From Omnitrophica bacterium RIFOXYB12_FULL_50_7 (GTDB taxonomy: Bacteria; Omnitrophota; Omnitrophia; Omnitrophales; Aquincolibacteriaceae): a stretch of DNA of 34,425 nucleotides. Positions 15,200 through 25,800 of the stretch are shown here, piece after piece. Numbering within the stretch: position 1 is the stretch's first letter; every line of letters starts with the position of its first letter. The stretch spans positions 11,034 through 45,458 of the forward strand of contig MHFU01000056.1 in the NCBI GenBank assembly GCA_001804345.1, read 5' to 3'. Position numbers and translations under genes: made by a program. The notes beneath the pieces were generated by a model. It had not been told where the DNA came from and made no database searches. It worked only from the letters and a program-made list of their open reading frames with translations.

Positions 15200-16177
15200 A
15201 TGATCACAAGTTTTTTTTATAAAAAAGGCGGAGAAATCGAAACGAATCTTTCCCGGGCACGGCTTCTTTCCGCGTTGAGCGAAAAAGGGGGGCTTCTCTG
15301 GGTTGATCTGGAGGAACCCAGCGAATTTGAGAGCGATTCCTTAGTCGAGATCTTCAACTTTCACCCTCTGGCGGTCGAAGACTGCATGACCGACCAATCT
15401 CAACCCAAGCTCGACGACTACGACGAGTATCTTTTTATGGTCGTTCACGCGATCGCCATGCACGACAAAGGCTCGAAAAGAGAGCTTCGAACCGTAGAGC
15501 TTGATATATTTATCGGTGAGAATTTCGTCGTTACCTTCCACAAGGAGCCTCTGGCGAGCGTGACCCAGGTACGCGAGCTTGTGCAAAAAAAGACCTCAGC
15601 GTTGATGGGGAGCGGTCCTGGCCTGCTCGTGCACTCCCTTCTGGATCATTTGGTCGACCGGTACCTTCCGGTTCTGAATGAATATGACGAGAAGATAGAC
15701 TCTCTTGAAAAAGAAATGTTTCGTCACACCACGAAAGATTTTCTGAAGACGTTGCTTCAGGTCAAACAAGACGTTTTTCATCTGCGGCGGATCGTGGGGC
15801 CTCAGAGGGACACTCTTTATTCTCTGACGCGCGATTCCAGCGCTTTTATCCGGACGGAACATTTGATGTATTTTCGCGACGTCTACGATCACCTTTTCAG
15901 GATCTACGGTATGGCCGAGGCATATCACGAGAACCTGAACAACATCCTGCAGGTCTATTTTTCGTATTCCTCTTTCCGGCTCAATGAAGTCCTGAAACAT
16001 TTGACCGTTTTGGCGACTGTCACCATGCCGCCCGTCATTATCGCGAGCATTTACGGCATGAACTTCAAACATTTTCCGGAGCTGGAATGGGCGCTGGGCT
16101 ATCCGTTCGCCATCGGTCTTTGCGTGCTCTCCTCCCTTGTCACGCTTGTCTGGATGAAGTTCAAGAAATGGATCTAG
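15200..16177 (+). CDS. corA: CorA family magnesium/cobalt transporter
   Basis: 325 aa. YGMNF signature (IASIYGMNFKHFPE) followed by a final TM helix and a basic tail. Confidence 0.9.
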   Translation: MITSFFYKKGGEIETNLSRARLLSALSEKGGLLWVDLEEPSEFESDSLVEIFNFHPLAVEDCMTDQSQPKLDDYDEYLFMVVHAIAMHDKGSKRELRTVELDIFIGENFVVTFHKEPLASVTQVRELVQKKTSALMGSGPGLLVHSLLDHLVDRYLPVLNEYDEKIDSLEKEMFRHTTKDFLKTLLQVKQDVFHLRRIVGPQRDTLYSLTRDSSAFIRTEHLMYFRDVYDHLFRIYGMAEAYHENLNNILQVYFSYSSFRLNEVLKHLTVLATVTMPPVIIASIYGMNFKHFPELEWALGYPFAIGLCVLSSLVTLVWMKFKKWI

Positions 16178-16249
16178 CGACGCACAACGAGCAACGAACA
16201 ACACGCATCATGCGACGCAAAGACAAGGCGTTGCGCGTTGACCGTTGAG
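16178..16249. repeat. Heptamer-built inverted repeat (CAACG-type), no cargo
   Basis: Starts directly after the corA TAG. Left arm CGACGCACAACGAGCAACGAACAACACGC, 21-nt loop, right arm GCGTTGCGCGTTGACCGTTGAG. Confidence 0.65.
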
Positions 16250-16262
16250 TAAAAAATCCCCC

Positions 16263-17342
16263 ATGAAAGCTTTATACGGTTCAACTTCCGACGAAATAGA
16301 AACTTTTGTCATAGCCCAAGGCCTTCCCAAATACCGCGCAGCCCAGATCCTGGATTGGATCTACCAGAAGAATGTCCTCGCCTGGGACGAGATCAAGAAC
16401 CTCCCGAAAGACGCCCTCCAAAAACTTTCCGGAGAAATCCGCCTTACCGCCCTTGAACCCGGAGAGGAAAAAAAAGCGGTGGCCGGAGGGCCGACAAAGT
16501 TTCTTTTCAAAACCCCGGATGGACATTTTCTTGAAAGTGTTTTGATCTCGCAAAAGGACGCCCCCGATTCCCGGGAAGGCGAGGAGACAATTCCTCAGGG
16601 GAGGCGGGAGACCGTGTGCGTTTCAACGCAGCTGGGATGCAAGATTCAATGCGCGTTTTGCGCGAGCGGTCAGGGGAAGTTCACCCGCAACCTCACGGCC
16701 GGCGAGATCGTCGAACAGGTCGCAAGAATCAGTCGGATGACAGGAAAAAAGATCACGAATGTTGTTTTTATGGGGATGGGGGAACCGCTCGATAATTATG
16801 AGGCCACGCTCAAGGCGGTCCGTATCTTGATCGAGCCCTGGGGGTTCGCTTTCGGAGCGCGAAGAGTCACGGTCTCGACCTCCGGGATTACCCCGAAGAT
16901 CCTGGAATTTGTAAAAGCCGTGGACGGGCGCGTCCGGCTTTCCGTGTCACTCCATTCCTCGATCGACGAAGTTCGCAGCTCTCTTGTTCCGATCAATCAA
17001 CGTTACCCTCTCAAGGAGCTTGTGAGTGCTTTGAGGAGGATCAATCAGGACCTGAAGCGCGAGATCACGTTCGAATACACGCTAATCGCTGGCGTGAACG
17101 ATTCCGACGAAGAGGCTGAGGGAATTGCCATGATCGCAAAACCCCTTCGTGCCAAGATCAATGTTATTCCTTATAACCCGATCGCGGAATTCCCGCACAA
17201 AGCGCCTACACCCGAAGCAACAGAGCGTTTTTGCGACCAGCTTGAGAGGCGCGGCCTTCGCGTGACGCTCAGGCAGACGGTGGGCCGCGACATTGATGCC
17301 GCGTGCGGGCAGCTCCGGTTGGACAGAATGTCCGCCCGGTAG
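16263..17342 (+). CDS. rlmN: 23S rRNA/tRNA A2503-type C2 methyltransferase, radical SAM
   Basis: YRAAQILDWIY N-terminal motif, CVSTQLGCKIQCAFCASG cluster, GMGEPL, C-terminal DIDAACGQL. I prefer ATG 16263 over the TTG at 16245. Confidence 0.9.
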   Translation: MKALYGSTSDEIETFVIAQGLPKYRAAQILDWIYQKNVLAWDEIKNLPKDALQKLSGEIRLTALEPGEEKKAVAGGPTKFLFKTPDGHFLESVLISQKDAPDSREGEETIPQGRRETVCVSTQLGCKIQCAFCASGQGKFTRNLTAGEIVEQVARISRMTGKKITNVVFMGMGEPLDNYEATLKAVRILIEPWGFAFGARRVTVSTSGITPKILEFVKAVDGRVRLSVSLHSSIDEVRSSLVPINQRYPLKELVSALRRINQDLKREITFEYTLIAGVNDSDEEAEGIAMIAKPLRAKINVIPYNPIAEFPHKAPTPEATERFCDQLERRGLRVTLRQTVGRDIDAACGQLRLDRMSAR

Positions 17343-17373
17343 CGCAACGCGCAACGGTCAACGCTCAACGGTC
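17343..17373. repeat. Left arm of CAACG-type heptamer inverted repeat
   Basis: CGCAACG CGCAACG GTCAACG CTCAACG GTC, starting immediately after the rlmN TAG. Overlaps the stop and last two codons of the four-helix-bundle gene. Confidence 0.65.
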
Positions 17374-17895
17374 TACCTTTTTGTTTAAACTGATGACCAT
17401 CCGCGTTAAATGGTCGACCTCTTCCAGCAAAAAAGACTTGTTTTCATTGGCAAAATAATTTAACTCACTCGAAACAATGATTTGAGTCTCGAGTTCTCCC
17501 AAAGAACCCAGGGCGATATTTAAGAACTGCTGAAATTCCTTAGCGTGCCTGCGGCGATACCCTTCCGCGATGTTCGAAGGAATTGAAACAGCGGCCCGTC
17601 TCATTTGCGCTACAAGGCCATAAATCTCCTCCCTCGGAAAGGCGCTCGTTTTTTGATAGATCATTTTTACCAGAGAAATACCCTTTTGCCATATTGCAAG
17701 ATCTCGGAACGACTTTACCACTTTTTGCGACAAATGTTGTTTTTCGGCGCCGCTTTCTTTGGGAGACAGATTTTTTTGTTGGTTTTCGATGAAGCTCGTC
17801 TTTTCTTCGTTCCATCGTCGGGGCTTATCGTATGGAGAAGGGTTGTTGCGGTGAGTGTTGGGCGTTGCCCGTTGTCCTGAAGTGTTGTTTTCCAT
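17365..17895 (-). CDS. Four-helix-bundle protein (23S rRNA intervening-sequence protein / Avd-like family) with N-terminal extension
   Basis: FRDLAIWQKG...MRRAAVSIPSNIAEGYRR....F..FLNIALGSLGELETQ is the characteristic family signature. About 60 aa of low-complexity extension lies upstream. Confidence 0.85.
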   Translation of the reverse strand: MENNTSGQRATPNTHRNNPSPYDKPRRWNEEKTSFIENQQKNLSPKESGAEKQHLSQKVVKSFRDLAIWQKGISLVKMIYQKTSAFPREEIYGLVAQMRRAAVSIPSNIAEGYRRRHAKEFQQFLNIALGSLGELETQIIVSSELNYFANENKSFLLEEVDHLTRMVISLNKKVDR

Positions 17896-17912
17896 CTTTT
17901 GTTTCTCCTTTT

Positions 17913-19607
17913 TCAGTTCGTTGCGCGTTGTGCGTTGAACGTTGCGCCGTTTTCTTCATCCGAGGATTGATAAAACCATAACTTATTAAACAAGGGCCTT
18001 TTCTCATAAATCCGTTCCAGCCTTTTCGAAAAAAACCCATCCGTTATTGCGTCTAAAAGAGATGTGAGTTCGTCCATGCGCAAAAGATTTTCAAGGTGCT
18101 CCTGTTCGGAGACGGGCGGCGTGAAGACGAGGTCGATCTGAAGGCGCCGGCGCTCGTAATAGATGCGTGTGGCTTCAGAGAGGAGGTCATTGCGGAGCTC
18201 CACCATGAGTTTCTCGCGTGAGTCGATCGAGGTTTGATCAGAACTGTAAACCATGTCGCCAAAGTCCCAGCTGACGTCCGCGTCCCAACCTTTGCCCACA
18301 TCTTCAGGTCCCGTGATGTACTTGCCGCTGTAAGTGCTGATGGAGGTGCTACGATCCAGGTTTTTACCGAACGAAAAGGTCGGCAAAAATCCTGCGAGCC
18401 TTGATTCGGCATGCCAGCGGCGGATCTTGCCGTTCGCGACATCAGCGTATTGAATGACGCATTTGTGAACTTCTCGAGCCGACGGTTCAAGCGCGAGGAG
18501 TTCTTTAAAAAGCGCGAGAGTTTCTTCGGGGGGTTGATAAAGTGTTACACTCGGGCCGGCTTCCGGCACAAACGCGTCAAGGGGGTACTGCACAAAACCC
18601 TCTTCGGTGATCGCAATCAGTTTTTCTTCGTTCAGCACGGCAATGCCTTGCGTGCGGTCTTTGGCTAATCCTTCAAAGAGACCCGTCCATTTTTGCGTAC
18701 GAGCCTCGTAAGCATAAACACCGCGAGGGGTTGCCGCATAAAGAAGCCCTTTTTTTTCTGAATAAGCGAGTTGATAAATAACAGGACTTTGCAAACCGCT
18801 TCTGGAAAGGGGTTCCCAGCGATGCCCGCCGTCGAGGCTTTGAAAGACACCGTTTGTGGTTGCAAGGAACAGTTCCTGCGGGTTGCGTTTCGAGACGAGC
18901 AGATCGTGGATCTTCAGATCAAAAGAGAGCGATTCTTCGGGGGGTTCCGAGTTCTCCTTGTCTGTGGCAGGGGTCTCCGTGCTGGTTTTTGAAAGATCGA
19001 GGACAGGATGCGCGGAACCCTCAGGCAGCGCGAAATAAAGAGTTTTTTCATCCGCCAAGAAAATCCGGTCATGGTCGAAGAGCAAAAGGGGGATGGGACC
19101 TGATGCGTGGAAGATAGCGGAGGGAGCCCAGGTACCTCCGGCGTTCTGTGTTTCCCAAAGGCCCTTTTGGGTTCCCAGGAACCAGCGGTTGGGATCTTTG
19201 GGGTGGACCGCGAAAGCGAGAGGATTTTTTTGGGTGTCTTTGTAGACCACGCGCCAGGAACGGTCTTTCAGGTTTCCCATAAAAACGCTTCGGCTCGTGA
19301 TCGCGAAAACAATGTCCGGCAGAACACCGAAAGAAAAGAGTCGCTTGATCGGCGCGGCCGCGTCGGTTTGGGACCAAAGAGGCTGCCACAAACTCCCCCT
19401 TCCGTTTTCAAAAATTTTATGTCCCGATGCGAGGAGAAATTTCGTCGGATCGAGAGGATGGATAGCGAGGCAGGTGAGGGCGCCGCCAGTCATGGACGGC
19501 TGAAGGGGCTTCTGCCATTCAGCCGGGGCCGGCATTTGAAATCCCAAGAAGCAGAGAAGCGATAGTGTGGCGCCCCAGACGATTGTTTTCTTGTTTATTT
19601 TCAACAC
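17913..19607 (-). CDS. Secreted protein with BNR/Ycf48-like beta-propeller repeats plus an unassigned C-terminal domain
   Basis: GTG start with a GGAGG RBS. Signal peptide KKTIVWGATLSLLCFLGF. Repeated G..W motifs (NAGGTWAPS, DGGHRWEPL, GRGSLWQPL). Confidence 0.55.
   Translation of the reverse strand: MLKINKKTIVWGATLSLLCFLGFQMPAPAEWQKPLQPSMTGGALTCLAIHPLDPTKFLLASGHKIFENGRGSLWQPLWSQTDAAAPIKRLFSFGVLPDIVFAITSRSVFMGNLKDRSWRVVYKDTQKNPLAFAVHPKDPNRWFLGTQKGLWETQNAGGTWAPSAIFHASGPIPLLLFDHDRIFLADEKTLYFALPEGSAHPVLDLSKTSTETPATDKENSEPPEESLSFDLKIHDLLVSKRNPQELFLATTNGVFQSLDGGHRWEPLSRSGLQSPVIYQLAYSEKKGLLYAATPRGVYAYEARTQKWTGLFEGLAKDRTQGIAVLNEEKLIAITEEGFVQYPLDAFVPEAGPSVTLYQPPEETLALFKELLALEPSAREVHKCVIQYADVANGKIRRWHAESRLAGFLPTFSFGKNLDRSTSISTYSGKYITGPEDVGKGWDADVSWDFGDMVYSSDQTSIDSREKLMVELRNDLLSEATRIYYERRRLQIDLVFTPPVSEQEHLENLLRMDELTSLLDAITDGFFSKRLERIYEKRPLFNKLWFYQSSDEENGATFNAQRATN
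17916..17949. repeat. Right arm of CAACG-type heptamer inverted repeat
   Basis: GTTCGTT GCGCGTT GTGCGTT GAACGTT GCGCCG, about 80 percent complementary to 17343-17373 unit by unit. It encodes the C-terminal tail NGATFNAQRATN of the 17913-19607 gene. Confidence 0.65.
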
Positions 19608-19719
19608 GGTTAGGCCTCCTTTTATTCATTATTATCATATAATATATTCATATTTCGTAAAAATGTCAATGTTTTCTCGTGTTTTATTTAAAATACGTCC
19701 TATAAATGAGCCTTCTCCC

Positions 19720-19748
19720 TTGTAAAAGTCCAACAAGGAGGTTATATT
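19720..19748 (+). promoter_or_regulatory. Possible sigma70 promoter for the giant ORF
   Basis: TTGTAA, 17-nt spacer, TATATT within a 285-nt AT-rich divergent intergenic region. AT-rich context makes chance matches likely. Confidence 0.3.
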
Positions 19749-19893
19749 TTCGGAATTATGAGATTTTAGTTTTGGAGAGGTTTCTATTCTGTAAAACTAA
19801 AAATATTCATTTAAAAAGAAGCAAGACTGCAATTTAACGCTTTGCAAAAGATAGTTGTTTGAGAGCAAGCCATTCTTCTCTCCCGCTCGGATC

Positions 19894-22800
19894 ATGAGGA
19901 AGCAAACGCCCAGAAACAAAAAAAGGAACCATAAAGAAAAAATGAGGGAGATTTCTAGTTTCAAGCGAACCATCAGCCTGATCATCGCTGTTTGTTTTCT
20001 GACAACGAATGCGATGGCTATGCCTGGTCAGGAAGCGTGGCTCGGGGAACGTGGAACGGGGAACGTATTCGGATCGAAAGATATTCTCTCGCTTTCTATG
20101 CCCTCGTCTCTTGGAACCGTTGTTGAAACTTATCGTGTGGAACAAAAAAACAGGCGTGGCACCCGTTTCCCGTTCACCGTTTCCCGGCACGACCCCATGG
20201 TCGTGTACATTCAAGACGCGCACGACTCCCTCGAAGCCCAGGAAAATATTGCTGGGATGGTCAAGTATCTTACGGAGCAGAAAGGCGTGCGGACAGTCTA
20301 TGAGGAAGGCTATGAAGGCCCGGTCCCCTCTGACCAACTCTTTGGAAACATCCAAGACACGACGCTTAAAGAAAAACTCTCCTATTACCTCATGGACAAA
20401 CTCCGCGTCAGCGGTGCTGAGTATGCGCACATTAACCGACTAGCGGATAGGGTACAGGGTATAGGGTATAGGAAAAACAAAAACAGTGAAGACCTATCCC
20501 TTAAACCCTATCCCCTAAACCCTGATTGGCAATTAATCGGTGCGGACTCGATCGCACTCCATCTCGAAAACATCCGGGCCTACGAACAAAGCGCCAAGAA
20601 ACGCGGGGATATTACCAAGGACATCCAGCGGATCCGCAAAGAACTTCAAAGGATCATGGACCGGAATTTTCCGAAAGAAATCAAACGGTGGATGGAGTTG
20701 CAGAGACGTTATCAGAATGGCCAATTACCGCTGATGGAATATTTACGCAGAACTTATTTGCTGTGGGAAACGGGAAACGGGAAACGGGCAACGAAAACGT
20801 TCAGCGTTCCCCGTTCCCCGTTCCCCGGGATCGGGGCCCTCTTTTCCGGCGATGAAAAAAAAATCAAACAGATCGATCTTGTGAAGCTGATGAGCGAGAT
20901 TCGCCAGCTCGAGGAAGAGGTGGTCGGAAAAGGACTTCCCGGGGATAGCGACCGGAAAACTTACGGGTATTATCAAAGCGTCCTACTTCTCGAAAAACTC
21001 AACGCGATCCAATTGAGTGCTGAGGAATATGCGGCACTCAAGGAATCACTTGAAAACCTCAAGACAGAAGATCTCGCTCAATTCATTGCCCGTGAAACGG
21101 GTCGGTCGATCGTGCTGTTCCGCTCCTGGGAAGATCTCATTACGGATTCGATCAATTTTTATGAGCTCGCGAAGAAACGTGACGAGGCTCTCGGGAAAAT
21201 TTTAGGGGATAGCGTAGAGGGTATAGGGTATAGGAAAAACAAAAACAGTGAAGATCTGCCTCCTAAACCCTATCCCCTAAACCTTAATGCTTCCATTTTG
21301 GTTTTTGGGGGTTTCCACAAAGAAGCCATCAAAAAGATCCTGAAAGAAAAAGGAATCTCGTACGTCATCCTTTCCCCATCCATTACCTCACCGAGCAAGC
21401 GGCATGAGGATTATTATCAGATGCTGATGAGCGGTGGAAAACACGCTTTCGAAACGCCTTCGGGCTTTTCGAAAAGACCACAGTCCCAATTCCAATCAAT
21501 TGAAGCGAATCGGAAATTGGGGCAGCCCCGACTACCATTCATTAAAAGAAATCAAAAGTTGGGACAGACCAGAGACTATAGACTAAAGACCAAAAGCCTC
21601 CTCTCCCCGCGGGAGAGGGAAGGGGTGAGGGGGAAAAGTCTCCAGTCTCCAGTCTCTAGTCTCCAGTCTGGCGGGAAGAGCGGTAGCGATTCACGACAAA
21701 GCATCGCCCGCGAAAGCACCTGCCCGCAGCGTGCTGTTGCAATGGATTACGCGCCCGTGATGGACCATCTCGCCGAAACCGGCGCGCCATTCCGTTCCGA
21801 AACCCGGGCGAATTTTATTTTGAAAATGGACCACGCCCTGTCGGACGAGCACCAGATTGCACCCTACAAACACCCGGGATTTGTAGGGTCAAACGAGAGC
21901 GCCCGCGCGGAGGTGCGGTCTGAAGTTCGATTGGGATTTCCGCCACTTGCAAAAAAATATCAACGATACATTGCCAAGCATGATTTAGATGCGCGGCCGG
22001 TACAAGCACAGCTGATTCATCCTGCTTTAGTCGGTCACGATATGGCCCAGAAGGACGTCATCAATCCCAATGACAAAGAACTTGCGGCGCTTGTTGCGGG
22101 TCCTAATGTTGATATTTCGAAAGTTTTACTCATGAGCAACGCGACGAAAGCTTTCTTTGTGGGGCATCGTCTGGGATTTCTTAAAGCTGATCGATTGCGG
22201 GATCGCCTCACGGCAACGGATTGGGAAAAACCTATTGAGCTGGAAGAGTATCGAGATCACAAATTCCGTACAGGCAGGGCACCGCTATACGAAGGCGTTA
22301 TTAAGGATGCTGAAACTGCCATTCTTATGGAATTACAAGCAATGCAAGTTGAGAAATCCAGCATTCAAATCTTTGATGATGCTGGAGCTAATGACGGCAA
22401 ACTCGCTGTAAGGATTCGCTTTCAATGGGCTTATCACAATCGCAAAGAGCGGGAATATGAATTTACGTTCTTTGATCATGATATTGAGCAAGGAAACTAC
22501 CCGCCGCTTTTAGAACAAGCGCTTAAAGAGAAAATAGACGTTTATCTTCAGTGGGCGCCTGGAACTCTGAGCGAAGCGTACCGCTATTTTCTGAGGCGCA
22601 TTTTGCCTGCGCTGCGGGAGGGTGGGCATATGGTTACGGATGATCGATATTACCATTCGTTTCTGAATGATGTGATTCATTACAGTATTTGTCCTTTTCT
22701 TGAGGATGATGATTCTAATTGGCAAGCGCGAGGTGTGAAAACGCAACCTTTCCAAAATGACTTTTTTATATTCGCGGCGCAAAAGGGAAACGACGGCACT

Positions 22801-25800
22801 TGGTTTGAACGCATCAGAACCATTTTAAAGTGGACCCTTTTGGAACCCTTCGCAGCGCCATTGCTTAAAGCTATTCAAGCGATTCAGGAAGCCTGGAATC
22901 AATGCTTAAGCAATTATTATCATCGGAATGCACATTCTGGTGATCCGCGCCAAAGGCAAAGAGCTCGATGGTCTCTGAAATTGCCCCTCCATTTCAACTG
23001 GATAAGACATTTTGATCTCAGTCGAAATTTTCATTTATATGGGTGGAATGTCCAAATCAGTCAAAAACAAGGGCCCAAGAGTGTGCGCTATCGTAAGCTG
23101 CCACGCGCAGGATACAAAGATCTAAAAGCGCTCAATCTTCATTTCGGAAAAAATCCTCGAAAAACTATGGAAAAAAGCACCTTGTGGGCAGGGGGCGCAG
23201 CCATTTTATTTTCTGCGGCTATGTATTTTGCAAATGCTGTTTCTGATAATGTAAGCTTTCTTTTCTGCGTGCCATTTTTATCTTCAATCGAATTTTTATT
23301 TTTAGCTCTAACATATATTTTCACGCTTCATTTTCTCCCTCAAGTTATTTATTGTTTTGATACGGAACGACGATATGACGCGTTCTCGCCCGGAACGCAC
23401 AGCCGAATTTATCATCCTGAAAACTACAACAATCTTGAATGGCTCCAACACAAATTTGGCGTGGCCCCGCAGGACCTTCGTGAGGCCTACCATGCCATGA
23501 TAGAAGATGTTTATGAGCGGTTAGTCAATCGCTCGATCACGACCGAGGTATTAACACTAGGTTTCTATGAAGATACGAAGGATTATTTGGAACAAGAAAA
23601 AAAACCTCCCTTCGCTCAAGCGGATATTGATATAGCAAGAAAGCGTTTGTCTATCTATATCAAGGAGAAAGATCCCATAAGACGCAAGCTAAGTTTTGAC
23701 CCGGATCATTTGGAGGCAATGAAAGTCATTGGCCGTAAAGAAGATGGCTCGCAAACACTAGATATTATTCCCTTTATCGCAGGGCAAACAGGAGTTCCCC
23801 TTACTCAGACGTTTAAAGAGTTGCTTCATTCAGCCGAGGCGGGGGGCATGGCTCTTCGCAGACAAGGGAAAGAAAAAATCGTTCTTCTTAAAGAGGCTGA
23901 TGATATTTCGATCTTGACCATTGATAAAAAAGGCAAAGTCTTCGTCTCGGGCGTCAGCCGTGGCGGGACTATTTTGGACTATGCTGACGACAAAGTATTT
24001 TTGGAAGAAGGTGCGAAGCCTGTATTTTGTTATCACTCACATCCATGGGCCTCTCCCTTGACTGAAGAGAGAAGTCTTCCGCAAATACTTGCTCCCAGCG
24101 ATGCTGATGAACGGGGGATCGCAAAGATATCAAAAAAATTCCATAGAGCAATCCCTGAGATTATATGGGCTTATGATAGAGAAAAACACAGGCTGGTCGG
24201 ATGGTTTTATGAGCTAACGGGCGATGATTATGAAAAATTAAACAATCCAACAGAACTTACCGTCACTTTAGCAAAACAGCAGCAATTAGATTTCCAACAA
24301 ACACAACAACCGGATAGCGTCCTCACGGGAGGGGTCAGGACGGAAGCCCGCTCGGAAACGAGGGGAGGGAGTCTAAGGGGTTTTGCCGGTGGGGATATTG
24401 AGAAGGACGCTCGTAAGTTGGCGGCGGGGGATACGGCGGCTGGCGTCAAGGATCTCGATGCCGAACACCCGGCCGTTCTTGGCGATATCCATCATAATGC
24501 CGTCGGACACCTTGCGGGCGTGTTTGATCTTGCCCGTCTGGAACTGGATGTACAACGCATCCGCTTCCCGATCGAACGATATTTTCATAAGGAATTTTTA
24601 ACGGGCGGAGAGGAAATCTTCCCAGGACGTCTCGATGTCCTTGAGAATAGAATTCAAAAGCCCTTTTCCGAGATCTTCGCCTTTGTGAAAAGGAACTACC
24701 GTCGCGCGGCCGTCGGGATGGCGAAAATAAATATGACTGCCTTTCTGGCGGAGGCGTTCAAAACCGAGGCGGGTAAGAATGCGGATGACTTCGGAAGAGC
24801 GGAGAGGAATGAGGCGGGCCATCAGTTGACTTCGATCTCCTGGAGTCCGACAAAATCCATGGGCTTGAAGGAAGACCCCTCGACTTCAAGACATAACTGG
24901 ATGGCCTCTTTCATGCGGGGGATAAGAGTGGTAAGGGATTTTGCCTGCGTGTGGCATCCCCGCAGACTGGGGCACGATCCCACAAAGACACCGTCTTCGT
25001 CTTTTTCAATGATGACCATGAAATTTTTCTTGCGCATTTTTTCACCTCTTTCTGTCCCGGATGATATCCCGTCTCTTTTAGGAAGTCAAGGTTTCGCCAT
25101 GGCAGGAGGCGTTGGTACACCGATGGTTTCTCTATTATTAGCTCGTTCGGAAGCGCGTACCGATCAACCTGTCCCCTTGATGCCTGGTACCATTTCTAAG
25201 ACCCGGCTTTCCACCCTGGACACACCGGGTGTGGACAAGGGGGAGAAGCGTTCCGAGATGCGTGTGCCGAATGTTATGGGTAAGGAGCCGAGAGAGATTG
25301 TGATCCGATGGAGCTCTGAAACGGAAAGTACAGATGAAAAAAAACAACATGTCATTGCAGAAGTATGGGATCCGGCTCTGAAAGAACAATTCGGCGTTGG
25401 AGTGTTTTATGTTGAGGACCAAAAGATCAGGATATCGGCTTATTTTCCCATCGGTAAGATAGATGATCCTTCCGGAAAATGGTTCAGAAACAGAGGGAAA
25501 GGAATCTCTTCCACTTTTTTATTTTGGTTGAGCCATTTTGCCATGGCCAATGGCATACGGGAAATCTACATCCAAAGCGACAAGGCGATTAACATTCCGC
25601 TTTTTCGGAAATATTTTGCCGGTCAGTTTTGCCGTCACCCTCATGGAATGACGGAAGCAGAGGTTTGGCAGGATATGGAAAAGGTCGAAGACCCTGCAAC
25701 CGGCGAGGGGCTTTATTCGGAAGCAGTGTTAGGTGAAATAGGAATCGCCGATCTTGCGACCATGGAGATTACGGCTTATGTACGGCTTTCACGGCTTCCG

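Noticed and set aside
17365-17895. Diversity-generating retroelement, because the four-helix-bundle protein is Avd-like
   Set aside because: No reverse transcriptase ORF is in the window and there is no template/variable repeat pair. The two similar repeats at 20446 and 21208 differ by mixed substitutions, not adenine-specific ones.
19735-19769. Strong AAGGAGG followed by a mini-ORF (ATG AGA TTT TAG) upstream of the giant gene
   Set aside because: The SD-to-ATG spacing is about 16 nt and the ORF has only 3 codons, in an AT-rich spacer. It is most likely fortuitous.
20044-21671. CRISPR array, suggested by short repeated units
   Set aside because: The units are 7 nt, contiguous or arranged as inverted arms, with no 25-40-nt repeats separated by unique spacers. 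No cas genes are present. The HEAT-array DNA periodicity at 30328-31805 is protein-repeat derived.
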